DNA of 52,430 nt, the filler included, from Streblomastix strix (lineage: Eukaryota): assembly GCA_008636045.1 (NCBI GenBank). It is 3 parts of 3 records of this genome, joined end to end, with 100 filler letters (N's around TTAATTAATTAA, not from the genome) between each part and the next. Parts side by side here need not be neighbours in the genome. Positions count along the whole stretch, not along the records: positions 35,036 to 52,430 come from SNRW01000708.1; 2 more parts are not named here. One strand, given 5' to 3'. Positions 50,642 to 52,430 of the stretch are shown piece by piece (position 1 is the stretch's first letter; the number at the start of each line of letters is the position of its first letter). Below the pieces are notes generated by a model. That model saw only the letters and a program-made list of their open reading frames with translations. It was not told the origin of the DNA and made no database searches. The position numbers and the translations under genes were made by a program.

Positions 50642-52418
50642 ATGAACACTTCTTCTCATTAAGATAAACTTCCAAGACTTGCTGATTTGAAAGGTTAAAG
50701 CTTATATTAGTATAATAAAATCAATATATTATTATTTTATTATTATCATTAACATAAATTCTAAAATTTTATTAACATTTAGAACCAGATCATCAACTTT
50801 AGACTCAAAATCCTGTATAACTCTTCATTTATAATTTAAACCCGCACACAACTGAAGAACATCTTAAATAGCATTTTGAACAAACAGGCACAATTCTCTC
50901 AGTCTTTATTCCTTAGTCCAGAAACATTGGACGAAGATTTGGTTTCATATAAATGATAGATAAATAATAAGCTCTGAAAACAAATATAAACTTCTTCTAC
51001 AACTTGATTCTGAAACATTCGATGTTATTAGATCCAATTTGGACGATGTTACAACAATTTCATAGAAATCTCTCATTAATATTCTTGAGCTTATTTGCAG
51101 CAGAGTTTCTGAGATGCCATAATTATAGCCAGAATCATTTCACTTATCATAAACACTGTTCTTTGATGATTTCTTATCTTCATAACTAATCACAACAATT
51201 GAATGTCTAATAATACACAGAATAAGAATAGAATAAGATAATGAAGATATTTCATATTCTACACTTACTGAATAACTTATTCGTGTATACCTTCTGATGA
51301 TGTCAGGATAATATATTTACAATTATCTATTAGAAATGTTTACATCAGTTATTTCTAAAAATATTGATGCATTGATTGAGAATATTTTGAATGAAAAGAA
51401 TTAATAGAAATTTAATATTAATGAACTTAAGATTAAAATATAATCTATGACACAAACAATTGATTCACTGAAATTTATTAATTTCAACTTTAATTATGAT
51501 TGAATAGTTAAATATATGAAAATTCATATAATTTTTGCACCTCTGATGCATTTAAACTGCCCACAAGAAATTAATTGCATTCACAACATCAATGCAAACA
51601 TGAATTCTTATATATTCACTCTCCAATAATCTGCTATGAATACTCTTTGTGAACTATTTTGGTATTATCCAGTTGCAAGGAAGTATTTAGTCAATAATCA
51701 TTCAATTATTCCTCATTTGATAATACCAATTATTTCTTTTGCCACTACTAATTCAATACATATTAATTAAGTTGATTAAATTAATTTTGATTAGTAACAA
51801 ATTTCACTTCACACTTCTTCATACATTGATTCTAGTTTAATTCTTCTTTATAACATCTTAGATAACAATGATTCTAATTGTTAAACTATCATATTAGATT
51901 ATAATTCAATTTCATCACTTGCCAGATTGATCAATTATAATAATTATTGTTGTTATTTCAATGAATAAAAAATTAAATAAGCTGAAAGTATTGGAATACA
52001 TTGTCTAAGTTGCGTAGGTTGTATATTAGATTTTGGCAACGAAACATTAGTTATTCAGTTATTAAATGAAGGATATAAAAGAAATTTAATTAGTTATCTT
52101 GGATAATGCGGTGGAAGTAGAACAAAGTACGATGATTTTATCAGTGATGGAAGAATTCGCTTATGGGATTTCTTAACAATAGTTAAATTAGGTAAAAATA
52201 TGTCTGGATATGGGAAGTTGCTTTTCATTCCATTACAAACAACACTAATGAAGTAAGCTCAAGAATAAATAGAAGAAGAAAATGGTAAAGATGAGATCGT
52301 TTTATAATAATTCATTTAAGAAGATTAATACAAAGGATAATACAAAGATAATTTAAATTTGATTTAAAATATTTTTTATGATCCTTCCAATAATAATATC
52401 CATAATATTAATTTTTGA
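50642..52418 (+). pseudogene. Disrupted gene: truncated RRM joined out of frame to an ARM-like helical protein of a lineage-expanded family
   Basis: RNP2 LFIYNL and RNP1 RRFGFIQM; frame change at ~50980; in-frame TGA 51501-51503; C-terminal QEQIEEENGKDEI motif; terminal TGA 52416-52418. Confidence 0.7.
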
Positions 52419-52430
52419 TCATTACAAACT

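Overview
Very AT-rich, intron-rich eukaryotic nuclear DNA using a non-standard code: TAA/TAG = Gln and TGA is the only stop (translation table 6), so the supplied standard-code ORF track is fragmented and mostly misleading. The code, the short introns with frequent GTTTG/GTATG donors and the gene families (expanded NEK-like kinases with ARM/VWA/RRM modules, Q/N-rich tracts) suggest an oxymonad such as Streblomastix strix (inference). The window is three contigs (17,430, 17,405 and 17,395 bp) joined by artificial N44-TTAATTAATTAA-N44 linkers. Contig 1 carries mostly housekeeping genes: cyclin C-like, a membrane protein, a coiled-coil protein, DPAGT1/ALG7, a STE20 kinase, CDK10 and a P/U-type cyclin. 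Contig 2 carries a terminal 102-bp inverted repeat, a putative OB-OB-Q/N-U-box protein, a ~3,590-aa GT-A glycosyltransferase whose catalytic domain appears split by a ~3,300-aa low-complexity insert, and a decayed mobile-element-like ORF. Contig 3 carries a disrupted kinase-RRM-VWA-kinase gene, an SH3-NEK-ARM kinase running into an SCI1-like gene, LRRC56, and a disrupted RRM/ARM-like gene. All gene models were built by hand and all family calls come from remembered motifs; no database search was run.
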